From Octopus sinensis (Eukaryota), in NCBI RefSeq assembly GCF_006345805.1, contig NC_043012.1:28272001-28336000 (forward strand): a DNA stretch of 64,000 bases. Reading direction: 5' to 3'. Shown here piece by piece: positions 51,880 to 64,000 of this stretch (the first letter of the stretch is position 1; every line of letters begins with the position of its first letter). A model generated the notes under the pieces. That model was not told the DNA's origin and made no database searches. It saw only the letters and a list, made by a program, of their open reading frames with translations. The position numbers were made by a program, and so were the translations under genes.

Positions 51880-52709
51880 TCTCTCTATATATAAACGGCA
51901 GTTTGTCTGTCTGTGTGTCTGTCAGGTTGTACCCTCACCCTGACCACGGCTTTCAACCGATTCTGATGAAACTTGACACACACATAGCCCAATGTCATAA
52001 TTCAAAACTAACGCAGCGACAATTTTGAAAAGTTCCCCCAGTTCTGAAAAAAAGTGATAAATTCGACATGAGGTCGAGAATCTAAGCTTCTTATATGCAA
52101 CACATTTTCTGTTGTAGTTTTCGCAACTTGCAATCGATTTTTACCAAACTCATGGTGAAGCTTAATGTTACTCTAAGAAAACTTAATTCTGACGTTAGTT
52201 TTCCATGCAATACCTTACCATCAGAAAAAATCGATAAAATCATGCCATTTTGGGAAATCGCGTTCAAATTCAAGATGACATATTTTCGACAATATCTTTC
52301 ACAAATTGGCAGGAATATTTTAAAATTCACAGCGAGCATCATGTCTGCTCCAAGGAGCTATATGGCCCTTTTTATTCCAATAGGATACTTTATTACTGGA
52401 AAAAATCGGTTAATTAAATCATATGTGGCCCACATAGCAAATCGTTTTGTGTATTAAACACAAACCGCAGACTGTCTAGGGGACGCAACTCGACCTTTTT
52501 AACTCTCTTGGGAGGCGCAATGATGTTTTCATGTTTTCGCCCAAAGGGACAGCTAGGAACATCGTATACACAGAAGTATTCGAGTGAAGAGAAGACATTG
52601 CAGCCTACACATGCGCCTTCGTTCCCTAGGGGGAAAGGACTAGATTGGGATTAGTCGTTGCCTACTAGGGGCTCTTACATACCCGGGCAACGCCGGCTTA
52701 TGCTGCTAG
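51880..52709 (+). mobile_element. Non-autonomous Helitron-like element
   Basis: A|TCTCTCTATATATAAA start, (CTGT)n, CCGG-GCAACG-CCGG hairpin, CTAG|T end. Confidence 0.75.
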
Positions 52710-53670
52710 TTGGGTATAAAAGGCATACAAATTTGACAACCTGTCATTCCTTCTCCTCTTTTTTGTACTGATTATTACGGTTAGTAGCATTTTTGCCTTT
52801 TATCAAGTGTTGAAAATTGTTGAAATTGTTAAAATTTTTGAAAATTGTCGAACTATTGTTGTGTGTGTTCAAACACCTTGTTTGCTTGTGGCGGACTTGT
52901 TACTGTTGTCTCCCTTGACTGAAGGGGAAACGTTGTTATGCTAATGTCACACATAGATACATCAGAGGAAGAATTATTAATGTGGTTAATCAGCATGGAG
53001 GAGGTGTTAGAGAAGAGAAGGAGGAAAAAGGTAAAACAAGGAAAAAGTAAAAGGTTTTGAAGCTGTGGCCGGCGTAACGAAGGAAAAGTTGAAATAATAC
53101 AATGGTTTTATGAAGAAGGAATGTTATGAGGAGATACTTACCCTTCCCAGCGAAGTATTACAGTGTACTGATAGAAGAATTGTAGTTTTTAAGACTTACA
53201 GTAAGAAAGAAAAGAAAGTCGACATAGCAGAAAAAATTGAAATCGAAAAGTGCTTGGCACCTATCTGGTCGGATATATCTTACTTAGCCAGGGGTGCCAA
53301 ATATGCAACAGTGGAGGTAATATTTTTGCACTGAAGAAAAGGTCAGGCAACACTCCGTGGCCTCCTTGTCTTCGGACAAAATTATCCTCCTTCTTTCTTA
53401 CCTTGGAAGGCGTGCTTCCAGGGTGAGAGTGGAGAGAATATCATCGAAGGTGGAGGTTGTCTGGCTGATTGCAGCGGTAATACAGAGCCTGGAGGAGAAG
53501 GTGACAATCCTCCAGGTCGAGAGAGTACCCACACTGAACTGGCTAGGGAAAAGCCTTGAAATGGCTATCAAGGCCGCCCCAGAAGCGTTAGATGCCATAA
53601 CAGATAACATTGTGGTGGGCGAGAGAAGACTAAGGATGATGGTAGAGGGTAGGAAGCCAAGGTGCTTAAG
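52710..53670 (+). mobile_element. Tx1-like LINE 5' end: UTR plus broken ORF1
   Basis: RRIVVFKTYSK..IEIEKCL..RASRVRVERI..VVGERRLRMMVEGRKPRC; cut at the start of the zinc knuckle; homologous to the minus-strand ORF1 beside it. Confidence 0.7.
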
Positions 53671-55040
53671 TGTGGCCACATGCCGGCAGTGTAACATCAA
53701 GACATGCCGGCAGTGTAACATCAACCGCCGGCATTGCCCCGTTCTTTGTAATTTTCTTTTTTCTCTTTCTCCTCTTAGCTACAGGAGGGCGTGGTGCCTC
53801 CGCTTTATCCGGAAGATTTTTTCCCCCTCCCGCACCTTTAGGGTCCTTTGGTGGGCAACAATGGTTGCCCACCTTCTTTCTTTTCTTTCCTTTTTTCGAG
53901 GAGGTCTCCACCTCCTCGACTGCCTCCATCTCTCCCTCCAATGGAGGAGCGGGGGACGCTACTTATATTAACTGCTCCAGTGCCTTACCTTGGTCCTGTG
54001 GACAGTTCTTTTTAATGTGGCCTGGTTCCAGGCATAGGTGACACTTGGTGGGGGGACGTCCCTCAAAAATCACCGGATACCTAGAACCGGCCATTCTAAA
54101 ATAATCTGGGAAAACCAGATTATTGGCTGATTGGCTCCACAGGGTCAAAACCGCTTTTGACCCCATCCAATCAGCTGCAGGCAAAATTTTAACATTTAGG
54201 GGATTGGCTGCGCTGCCACCCAGACCCCGGAGGGTAGTGTCTTCTATCCACTCGGGTTCTATCCTGGGTGACAGTCCACAGACCCAAGCTCTTGTTAATT
54301 TCTTCCCACAATATGTGGGAAAAAACAGAATCTTTTGCCCTTCTAAGAGCTGGCTCGCAAATTTGCGAGCCACTTCAGGGGTGTCAAATAGCAACCACAC
54401 CGTTGCTTACTCGACAACACTGGCAATAAACTTAATAGTTGGCAGATGTTCTGCCAACTCTTTTTCAATTTCAATTTGAAGGAACACCGTGATGGTGTCG
54501 TGTGACTTAGAATAAGTCCTCAACACCACGGTTCTCTCGTTCAAGTCTTTTAGCCACTGCTTGGGAGGTACAATCTCCCACTCCAACGCAGTGTTTGCCT
54601 TCTTTGCCATGCTTGCAGAAAAGAAAGTCCAAAATATAGTTCAAACAAAAAGTCTAAATAAAATAAAAAATAAACAAAAAGGAGCAGAAAGACAGAGCAG
54701 AGGAAAAGAAAGAAGGAAGACAGTTCAAATCATGGCATACACAATTCCGGCCACCCGGTAATCCTGGCCAATAGGTATTCCAAAAAAAGGTTCTTCAAAC
54801 AGGTACTCCAGGGTCACAGCAGCAGGAACACAAAAAAATCCTCCACAAATTGGTAGAATTTTCCAAAATTTCACAATTTTTCGAAGGCAAGACAGGCCCC
54901 CAAACAACAATTCTCACAGATAAGTGAGTCACTTAGCGCGACTGTAGGTAGATAAATGTCCAGGACCCAGTGGGGATTTCTTATTTGAAAAAAGAAAAAC
55001 AATAGCAACAAAACCCCACTAAATCCTCCCCTCAAAACAC
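53666..55040 (-). mobile_element. Tx1-like LINE 5' end: ORF1 with gag-type zinc knuckle, one stop and a frameshift
   Basis: ERTVVLRTYSK..IEIEKEL..VIFEGRPPTKCHLCLEPGHIKKNC (CX2CX4HX4C), followed by a basic, low-complexity tail. Confidence 0.75.
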
Positions 55041-55059
55041 TTGCGCCTTCAATATTTCT

Positions 55060-55620
55060 TCAATTCAGGACGGCTTCAAAAGCACGTCCTGACAATATTC
55101 AAATTTGGAAGCAACCAAATTTACTAAAGCTACTTATAAAAAAAACTACCAGCTACAGACTCAACAGTTAAAAAGTGTGACTGTTCTAACTGAAGAACTT
55201 GTACCAACCCTATTGAGCATACACCATATAAATTTAAATCGGAACAAGATTTTACTATAAAAAAACCACTTTATTTATTCTTTAAAATATTTGGTATATG
55301 CTATCAAATGCAATGAACGCTGCGAAGATTACATTGGACAAACGAAAATCACCTTAAGAATGGGATTAACGATTCATTGACAATGAATATGAGGTCCCAC
55401 TCAGTGAACATTTGGGCATATGTGCAAAAAGAAAACCCCGAAATTCCTAGTCTTCTCACATTATCAATGCGCAGACAACACGCCAAACCAAATACAAATA
55501 AATGAAAAAAATTTCTGTTATTAAAAAATACGAATCAATAATATACGATTCACCATTTACTTTGCATGCTATCTATGCTTGAATAAGATCCCACCCAGCT
55601 GATGTAAGTGATTCATATTT
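55060..55620 (+). mobile_element. Penelope-like GIY-YIG fragment
   Basis: LVYAIKCNERCEDYIGQTK...PLSEHLGICAK. Confidence 0.65.
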
Positions 55621-56989
55621 CACTTTTATATTCGTTAATTACACTTTAATTTTTGGCATAGCAAATTTTAGATATCTTCATTTAATTTTCACTAAGTCCT
55701 TTTTATCTCCCTTTGTGTGTGTGTGTATGTTGTGTGTGTGCGTGTTTGTGTGCGTTTGTGTGTGCATGGTATTTGTTTCGCTGTTTATTCTAATACATGC
55801 ACACATGCAGATATATGCATTTCCATGCCCATACACCCATATTCGTTTCTTTCTGTCTTCCTTTCTTTCTTTAACACCCTCTCCTCTATTCATTTATATT
55901 TGCTCAGCAAATACAACACATTTAAATAGATGTTATGAACATTTAAGAAACAAATAATTATTTCTTATTCACATAAGATTTTCCAGCAACCTTCAACTGT
56001 ACTTATTCGAACACAGTTATTCATTTCAAACAGTTTAAAAGTAACATTTCTTTTTCAACCATTTTAAGTAAGAAAGACTGAATCATTCACTAAAGCAGTA
56101 AAAAAAAAAAAACCAAATAAAATCATCACGCTTTGGCTAAATAAGATAATAGCTGTTCACAGCCTAAAGACTAAAACAGCCCTAAATTCGGTTTTCACAG
56201 ATACTATTCTGACTGTCATATGACATATATGTACTGGACAAAATCTTTGACGTGACCTTGCGCGGCCGTCACACAATGCAGCAGAAAAACTGATTGAAAA
56301 TGTCCATACCGAAGAACATGACGATCCTGAACCAATCACCATGTATATTAACTGATAGCGATCAGAGCTACATTCTCTTTATAAAAACAAACGTCCAGCC
56401 AGAAAAGATACAATTTGTGAAACAACTCCACATACGACACGCACTAGGTAAAAATCAACAGCTGTGAAACCGATTCTCCATACTATCCGTTTCTTCCTAC
56501 TTTCCTCTTCTCTGGACTTTTTCCCGCATCCGACAAAGCGACGTCCTACTTTTACTGTTACTTTTCCAAGTGCCAAACTTACATATTCACTAAGTACATC
56601 CGTTTGTCTTTTGTTATTTTTGTCTTTGTTCTTAACCCTTTGGTATTTAAGTCGGCCATATCCGGCCCAAATATCCTACATGTTTTTACATTCAAATTGG
56701 CCATATTTAGCCTCTCTCACCGCTTATCCCTAATTTGCACACACGCGCATATATATTTCTTTCCTGTACTGCACATACCAGATAGTATGGCATCATCTCT
56801 TAGACTGGCAGGGTTAATAAGACTAAAGAATCCAATCAGCCCTGCGATTGTGTATAAACACATGCGTGTATACACAATATTGGAATGGCTGTTGACTCAC
56901 ACGAGTTCCCCCGTCCTTCGTTCAAATAAAAAGAATCCAAATCTCTAAGTGAAAATTACAGGCGGAAAACCCTACTTGAAGTGATTGGT

Positions 56990-57950
56990 AAGGTATTCAG
57001 AACCACTGGTAAGATCTTTGATGTAATATGCTCCGACGCAAAACCGAAGATTTTCCAAGCCCTTGTTCGTGAGCATTTTTTTTCTGTTGATGATGCTCAC
57101 ACCGAAAAAGACATACAGGCTATAGTGGATCTTTTCTCTAATACATGAATTACTTTCGGCCTCAACATCAGTTTGAAGAAGACAAAGATTGTGTTCTCTC
57201 CGTCTCCAGGCCAGCCTATATCGTTGTTTGGATGAGGTCGGCTCTTTCGTCTACTTTGGCAGTATATTCTAGAGATGGATCCCCTGACTGTGATATAAAT
57301 CTGAGGGTCGAAAAAGCCAATGAAACCTTTGGCAGGCTAGAAAATCAGATGTGGTGTAACGGAGGCATCCCCATCAAAACTAAACTTTGCATCTATGAAT
57401 CATGCGTCCTAAGTGCCCTTCTGTACTCTTCTAAGACTTGGATTACATATCGGGGTCACATCAAAGCCTTGGAAAGATTCCTTCAAGTTTACCTTAGGAG
57501 GATCTTAAACGTCAAATGGTATTCTTTAACTCCAGACACTGTAGTTCTCTGAAGAGCCAATGCACCCAGTATTGAAATGCTCCTCATACGCTATTAAATG
57601 CGTTGGGTTAGGCACCTTCCTAGAAAGGGGATGACGGGTTACCTAAGCAGGTTACTTTACGTGGTAAACGTCCGAGACATAAACCTAAGAAACGGTTTAG
57701 GGATGTCGCCAAAAACAATCTTAACGCTCTTAGTATAGATGTTGAATATTAAGAGATGTTGGAAAATCGATCTGCGATGGTTGTACAGCAAGGGAAATAC
57801 AAAGAATCGAACAATCCATTTTGAAACGAGGAATTTATAAACAGGTTTTAACCTCAAACCCAGTTACTTCTCAACCTGAACATGTTGAGTAGAGTATATT
57901 TGTCTAAAGCCGGACTTGTTAGTCATATGGGACAAGTCTCTTGTTTGTCA
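56990..57950 (+). mobile_element. RTE-clade LINE 3' portion
   Basis: FSVDDA; FGLNISLKKTKIV; RVEKANETFGRL; TKLCIYESCVLSALLYSSKTW; LERF..LRRILNVKW; GKRPRHKPKKRFRD. Confidence 0.85.
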
Positions 57951-58044
57951 CATATATTACAAAACTTGCAAAAGTGAAGCCGGCCTTTACGCAATCGTAG
58001 AACTAGCCTTTTTCTGCAAAAAAGTGGTAATCATTATGTATGTA

Positions 58045-58270
58045 CAGGGTTGGCCAAAAGTCACCTGACAGTAAATCAAAACCCATTCAATTCCAGGATT
58101 AAAACAAAAAATTATTTTATATGAGATTTCGCTAATGTTGAAAAAACAAAACGGTGATTTTAATTCACAGCATTCAATTATTAAACATTCATAATTGGAA
58201 TGAATATATAAAATTGAATATTAAGTATTTATGAAATTACGATTTACTGTCGGTAGACTTTTGGCCAACT
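58045..58270. mobile_element. Tc1/mariner-type MITE
   Basis: TA|CAGGGTTGGCCAAAAGTCACCTGACAGTAAATC and its inverted copy GATTTACTGTCGGTAGACTTTTGGCCAAC. Confidence 0.7.
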
Positions 58271-58866
58271 GTCTGTCTGTCTGTCTGTATGTATGTATGC
58301 ATGCATGCATGTATAAGGCTACTAATGAAGGGAAATAATATGACTAAGACCACCATGGATTGTTTACGCTGTAATTATGTTTGGGCTAATAGTGCTAATA
58401 GTTTGTAGCTCATTAACAGGGTTTATCTTTTGTGACAATAAAAAGAGAGATAAGTTTTTTTTAGTGGATACCGCCAGCTGTTGCAGTACAGCTGTTTCTC
58501 TCGGGGGCAGTTACGAACTTCAGGTGAATTTCCAGATGAAGCGAGACAGTAGGACGGAATTACTTGTGCCTACACCTTCAGACATTCAAAAGTGTATATA
58601 CTGCTCAAATCTTCCTTTGAAATTATTGGTTGATATGCCGGGGTGGGGTCTCAGATGCCATAATATGGTATGAATGTGAATCAAAGATCACAACTGAGGC
58701 AGGATAGTCTCAGTGTATTATTGGTGGGGTTTTGGATAATATTTAGATGTCTAATGTGAGGTTCCAAAAATCAATCTTATTTGAGTTGGTGTTAAGAATT
58801 ATACTTAGGCCGAATATCCATGGCGTGCCCATTCATATGTCTTGAGATTGACTGGTCATTCTCTCT

Positions 58867-58903
<37 letters not shown>

Positions 58904-58939
58904 AAGAGCAATCAACCAATTAAAAATCACAGACAAGCA

Positions 58940-59520
58940 CAACAGCCGTTGAAATCAAGGGCTTGTGTGCTGGAATGTTATCCTGATGAAACAAGACCCC
59001 CTTCGTCAGTTTTCCTGGGCGTTTGATTTTCATGGCCTTTCATAACTGCCCCAGCAAGTTGGCATAGTAACCTCCATTGATGGTGTGGCCCTTTTGAAGT
59101 TAATCTATACATACAATGCCTTTTGCATTCCAAAAACCTGAGGTCATCACCTTCCCTGCAGATGAAACGACGTTGGCCTTCTTTGGAGCAGGTGAGAAGG
59201 GGTGTTTCAACTGCATGGACTGCCTCATTGTCTTTTGCTGAAAGTGACGAACTCAACACTCATCCTGGCTTAGGAAACCAGCTGTATTTGCCTCAAACAG
59301 TGTCAGATTTTCCTGTGATGTGATAAGCCTGGTGCATTTTTGATCAGGTGTCAGATGTGGCACTCACAATGCAGAAATCTTCATCATGCCAAGTTCAGTG
59401 TGTAGAATATTCTCAACTCTTTCACGTGATATGCTGATAGCTTTGGCTATTTGATTTATAGTCAATTGCCTGTCATCTAACTCCCGTACTTGAGTTATAG
59501 AGGGAGCGATTATGTGACTT
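58940..59520 (-). mobile_element. mariner transposase remnant
   Basis: RQLTINQIA..ISRERVENILH..SQDECWVRHF..SAGKVM..FWNAKG..INGGYYANLL..VLFHQDN..AHK. Confidence 0.85.
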
Positions 59521-60671
59521 TATGACCTGCTTGAATTCTCCCTCACATCACACTTCTTTATCTTTAACTGTAAGAAATCAAATGTGGTCTTAGATCTGCG
59601 AATATATACATCTGGTGTCCAATTTCTATTTCTGAAAGTAGATATTTTAATTATTTAGAACTCTTCCCTCAAATTGCATCCAAAGTTTACACAGCCTTTT
59701 AAATATTGGGATATATCTTGAATTTTACGGTGTTTTTCAGATGGGAGTAAGGGTAAATGTTTATGTGAGGCAAGTTCCTGATAATTTTGTAACTGGTACA
59801 TTCAGCTGGATGAACTGAAGCAATTTTAATTAAATCTTGTGCCCAAATGCACAACAAAATATCTGTACTGTATTTGAACTGAAGTCCTATAACCCAGTAA
59901 CCAATCTCTCGGCTATTTCGCTTCTACCAAAGCTTGCATTGGAAATACATAAATATCATTGATTCTTATAATCTCTTCCTCTAACTTTGGAACTTTAAGA
60001 ATTTATAATTCCAATTACCTCAAAAGCATAAAACACGCACTCACACATACCACCACCAGTACCATTGCTGCTGCTGCTACTACTACTACTACTACTAGCA
60101 CCACCTTCTTTCCTTTCTGCTTTCACTGACAGTCTTTATCTCTGTTAGCCAATATGTTTAATTTTCTTTGAAGATTTAATTTCAGTCAGTTTTCTATCGA
60201 TCGTCTGGATTACTTGAAATGTAATGAGAGAACAATTTATTTTGCTCCCCACTTTCTTGTCCCATTACCCACCAATATATTCTACTATGGCCAAAAAGAC
60301 TCCAATTAAACTACTCACTTCCGACTACAAGATGATCCCCCCACCCTGCCATTATCATCATCCCCACCATAACATCAACAGCTGACAGACCTAGTGTTAC
60401 TTCCACGAACCGCAACACACTCCAACATATCAGCATTGCATCACCGCCTCCATTGCCATCCCTCGCAATAATGACCACTGATACCAACAGGATTTAACTC
60501 GCAATGTAAGGAAAATCTAATCAGGAACTAATAACTTCTTCTTTTACATCAAAAGAAAAGCGGATACAGAATTCCTTTGATCATAACTATCACTTATAAT
60601 TGCATTGCGTGTACTCGTTTCTCTTGCAATTCTTGTTTTTGTTTTGTTATTTGGGAGATTAATACAATTGT

Positions 60672-60863
60672 TAAAGCACTGGGCAGATGGTTTGGTGTAT
60701 TTCATCCTACTCTTTAAGTTCTAAGTTCAAATCCCGAGGTCGATTTTTGCCTTTCATCTTTTCAGACTCGTTAAAATAAAGTACCAGTTATGTTGAAGTT
60801 GATGTAAACGATAAACACCTCCGCCTACCTAAAATTACTGGCCTTGTGCCAAAATTTGAAACC
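60672..60863 (+). mobile_element. Diverged SINE family 1 copy
   Basis: B box, core and TTTGAAACC end, followed by a GTC/ATC/CTC tail. Confidence 0.65.
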
Positions 60864-61109
60864 GTCGTCATCGTCATCGTCATCCTCCTTCTCCTCCTCC
60901 TGATTTGCCATTGCTTTAATATGTATACGTTGTACCGAAGTCTCAACTAGAGACGTTAAGGGACAACGAAAGTTTGCATCTAATGATACTAATTGTTGAG
61001 GTGCCTTGCAATTAAAAAAATTGATGTCTCAGTGTAAAAAATCTCTTTATAATAACAATGAATAAGTAAAATAGCATTTACACGGGAAAGGATTTGCGTC
61101 ATTTATCTT

Positions 61110-62640
61110 GAACCTGCCAGGAATTTAATTTATGTATTTGCTTCATTTAATATAATTCCAAGAGCTCCAGAAACAACAGGTAATGGTGTTGCTTTGAGAT
61201 GCCACATTTTTCAGATTTCTATGTCCAAGTTCTTATATATGCTCAATTTCTCAAACATTTTTAGAGATATGTTTTTGTCAACTGCGGTTGCAACATCAAA
61301 AGATGTCTTTGAACATGATTTTTCACAATGATATCTGGTCGGTTAACATGAATTTTCCCACCAGTCTGAACTCTGAAATTCCAGAGGATGGTAACTCCAG
61401 CATTCTGGAGGACTTTTTTTAGTTTATGTTCCCAGCTATTGAGAGATAGGCTGTATGTGTGGTATATTGACCAGTGTGTGTACTGAGCTGCCCTGTCATG
61501 TCTTTGCATGTACTTTGTCAGTGCTAGTCGGCGGCATCCAGAAATTATGTTCTCTGCATATGCGGCACGAAGGTTGCTGCTTTCATGCTTCAGAAATTAC
61601 ACTGAGAATTCCTAGTTGGGAGGCACTGATCCTGAACTGCAATGATATTCACCCCTCCTCAGTTCCCGGCTTAGACCAGAATATGCCATCCGCTGATGGG
61701 TAACGGTTTGATCTATATCAGGGTCCTTGACTGTAATCGGGGATTTTCCATGCTGTGCTTTTTGCTCCCATTTCTCATTAGCGCGTTGGTGGCTGGTTTG
61801 TTTAGCTACGTTTTATTTGTTTTACCTTTTCAGTTGGAGACACATTTCCTTCATGTACTGGGTTGTCGAGCTGCGTTTCCCGAAGGTATATTATTGCATT
61901 TTTAGTCACTGAGTGCAACTTTTTAGTATGTTCATGTTTCAGTACCAGCTTTAACATCCAGTTGTTTGTTGTAGATAAGCAAAATACCGCATGGTATCAA
62001 TTTTCAATGAGTCTAGAATTTATGATCTCCCGACTACCTTCTTTTCTCGGAAGGTGTATTCGATCTATGTCGGCTTTTGGGCAATGCATATGTTGCATTG
62101 TCAGTTGATTTTGGATTTTGACATCAACTTTCTTGATCTTATAGATGGACCAGATTAAAACATTGAAGCTGTATGTGATTACAGGCATAGCCGATGTGTT
62201 TATGGCCTCACTTTTATTTCTGGCATTCAACTCGGTTTTCAGAATGGCTTGTACTCTACGACAGTGTTCTTTTCTTTACAGTGAGTGCTTAATTTCATTT
62301 CGGCCACAGACACCAAGATACTTATACCTGCTTTCAGATCCTAATTATTTTATTTTGGTATATCTGCCTAAGTGTAAGTTACATGTATTCGATAGTTTTC
62401 TTTTGACAAATGTAACCCTGGCGCATTTGTCAAGTTCAAATGCCACTAAATTGTTTGACTGTATTGGGCGCTAATAGTTGTTGATTATTTTCTGCTAAAA
62501 GTTTCAAGTCATCCATATAGAGAAGATGGATTTTCCATACACCTTGTATCCATAATTGTTTCTTTCATCTAAGAGTTTACCTAAGAGAAAGTGTACTGAA
62601 CAGAATAATAGAGAAGATAATGAATCGCCCCGGGAGAGTC
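61110..62640 (-). mobile_element. Dong/R4-type LINE 3' half, decayed
   Basis: YKYLGV; LKTELNARNK..AMPVITYSFNV; HCPKADIDR; IISGC..MQRHDR..VTILWNF..NRPDIIVK. Confidence 0.85.
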
Positions 62641-62689
62641 CACGACAAATATTCACTTTTCCTTGCACCCGTGTTGAGAATTAATCTTC

Positions 62690-64000
62690 TTCGTTTTTCT
62701 TCTCTTTCAGTTTTGTTTCCATTTCTTGCTGAGTATCTTCCTGACACTTAGGGCAAAGAAACTCACTGTATACATTGACAGGCCATTAAATTAAACATAG
62801 ATTGTTCATTTTCAAAATAAAATGAAGGTATGTAGAAAAGAAATACATTCGTGGCAATCGTTCTCACAGCGACAATACTCTTCTCAATACGTGTGACATA
62901 CCAGTTAAAACAATCTTTTATACTTATTGCAGAAATGGTAATCCAGGAATCATATTCAAATAATTTTCAGTTTCTTATTTTATCATTCCAATTGCTCCTA
63001 CAATCATTTGTATTATAACCGCCTTGAGATGTCACATTTTTTGATTTCAATGAGAAAATCTTTATATTGTCTGAGCTTGTCAAATTCTTTTTCCACGATA
63101 TTATGATCAGTCAATAAACAAGCTTTATTGTTTTGGTCTTTCACAACAATATCCAGTTTATTAGCTTTGATGGTTCAATCAGTATGTACTGGAAAGTTCC
63201 AAAGAATTGTTACATTTTCTCCCTCAGTTACAGCCTCAGGGTGGTGCTTATACCACTTGTCGATAGTTTTGATTTCATAATGCCAATGTATTAACCAGTG
63301 TAGATATTGACCAACTCTGACATGACTTGATTTATGCTCTTCTGGTGCTAAAACTTTACAATCAGAGATTAAGTGGTCCACTATTTCAATGTCATCATTG
63401 GAGAATCAGCACTTTGGATCCACTCCATTTTTCATCACATTGGCTTGGTAGTTATGGGTCAATAAATGGGTGTGCTTCTGGTCTACATCAGCTTGTTTGC
63501 CATGCAGACGTTTCCGTTCCTACCTATCATACGCCCTTTTCCTTGCCAATGATTTCACCTTTTTTGCAACAATTGCTGCACTTCCCTCAGGCTGTTCAGC
63601 TTGGGTATCATGCATCTTAAACAATAGCACATTTTTTGGTCTTCTTTACGACAGAACGAAGCTTCTTATGCCTCTTGTTTTAATATCTTGATATTTGGCC
63701 AGTTAATTGTGGTGGTTTTGTAAGAGATTTCAAGCTGGATCAAGCTTTGACCTCCTAGGGCTCTGAGAAGGTGAAGGCGAAGTCAGAAGCTTATGTATTT
63801 TTCTGTTAATTTTCTTTACTTCAACACATTGAAGTTATAAGTAACAAGTAACAAGTGGAACTGCTAAGAAATTTATGGCTAACACCTCGCTATGTACATT
63901 TAGCTTAGATTTTAGAACTGCTCGAACTCTCCTTTAACATTCCTTCCTGATCTTCTCTTTCATGTCTGCATGATGAATGCCAAAGCCTTCATTTATTTTT
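62690..64000 (-). mobile_element. Dong/R4-type LINE 3' portion, continuing past the window end
   Basis: VDHLISDCKVLAP..HVRVGQYLHW..VTILWNFPVHTD..KANKLDIVVK..KYKDFLIEIKKC; 3' UTR similar to 9598-9850. Confidence 0.85.

Noticed and set aside
52095-52457. 120-aa ORF inside the Helitron-like element as captured gene cargo
   Set aside because: No recognisable domain, and the region includes a diverged repeat of the element's own 5' sequence.
53666-53941. Basic, NLS-like 91-aa ORF as an independent gene
   Set aside because: It is the frameshifted continuation of the LINE ORF1 at 53963-54610.

Overview
Eukaryotic, very repeat-rich genomic DNA. The SINE families and the mix of Dong/R4-type, Tx1, RTE and Penelope-like retroelements suggest an octopus (inference, not database-checked). 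The only host-gene sequence I can support is the last coding exon of a Wnt gene, best matching Wnt16 (15904-16368, +). I did not find its upstream exons, so 1-15903 is probably one long intron. The rest is microsatellites, three tRNA-derived SINE families, decayed LINEs, decayed DNA transposons (Tc1/mariner, MULE, hAT-like, Chapaev-like) and two non-autonomous Helitron-like elements. No intact transposon ORF is visible. The most interesting signal is non-coding: three different minimal type-I hammerhead ribozyme motifs with no adjacent intact ORF. One (51175-51216, -) has a U3/A8 compensatory core and sits between perfect 99-bp inverted arms. Another (50580-50626, +) has a canonical core and belongs to a unit present in direct and inverted copies inside a ~3-kb nested foldback region. 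Other notable items are a 49-bp inverted repeat downstream of the Wnt16 stop that overlaps the first AATAAA, a non-coding element always embedded in (AAT)n, and a recent inverted insertion that splits a SINE. Boundaries of decayed elements were read by eye and are approximate.
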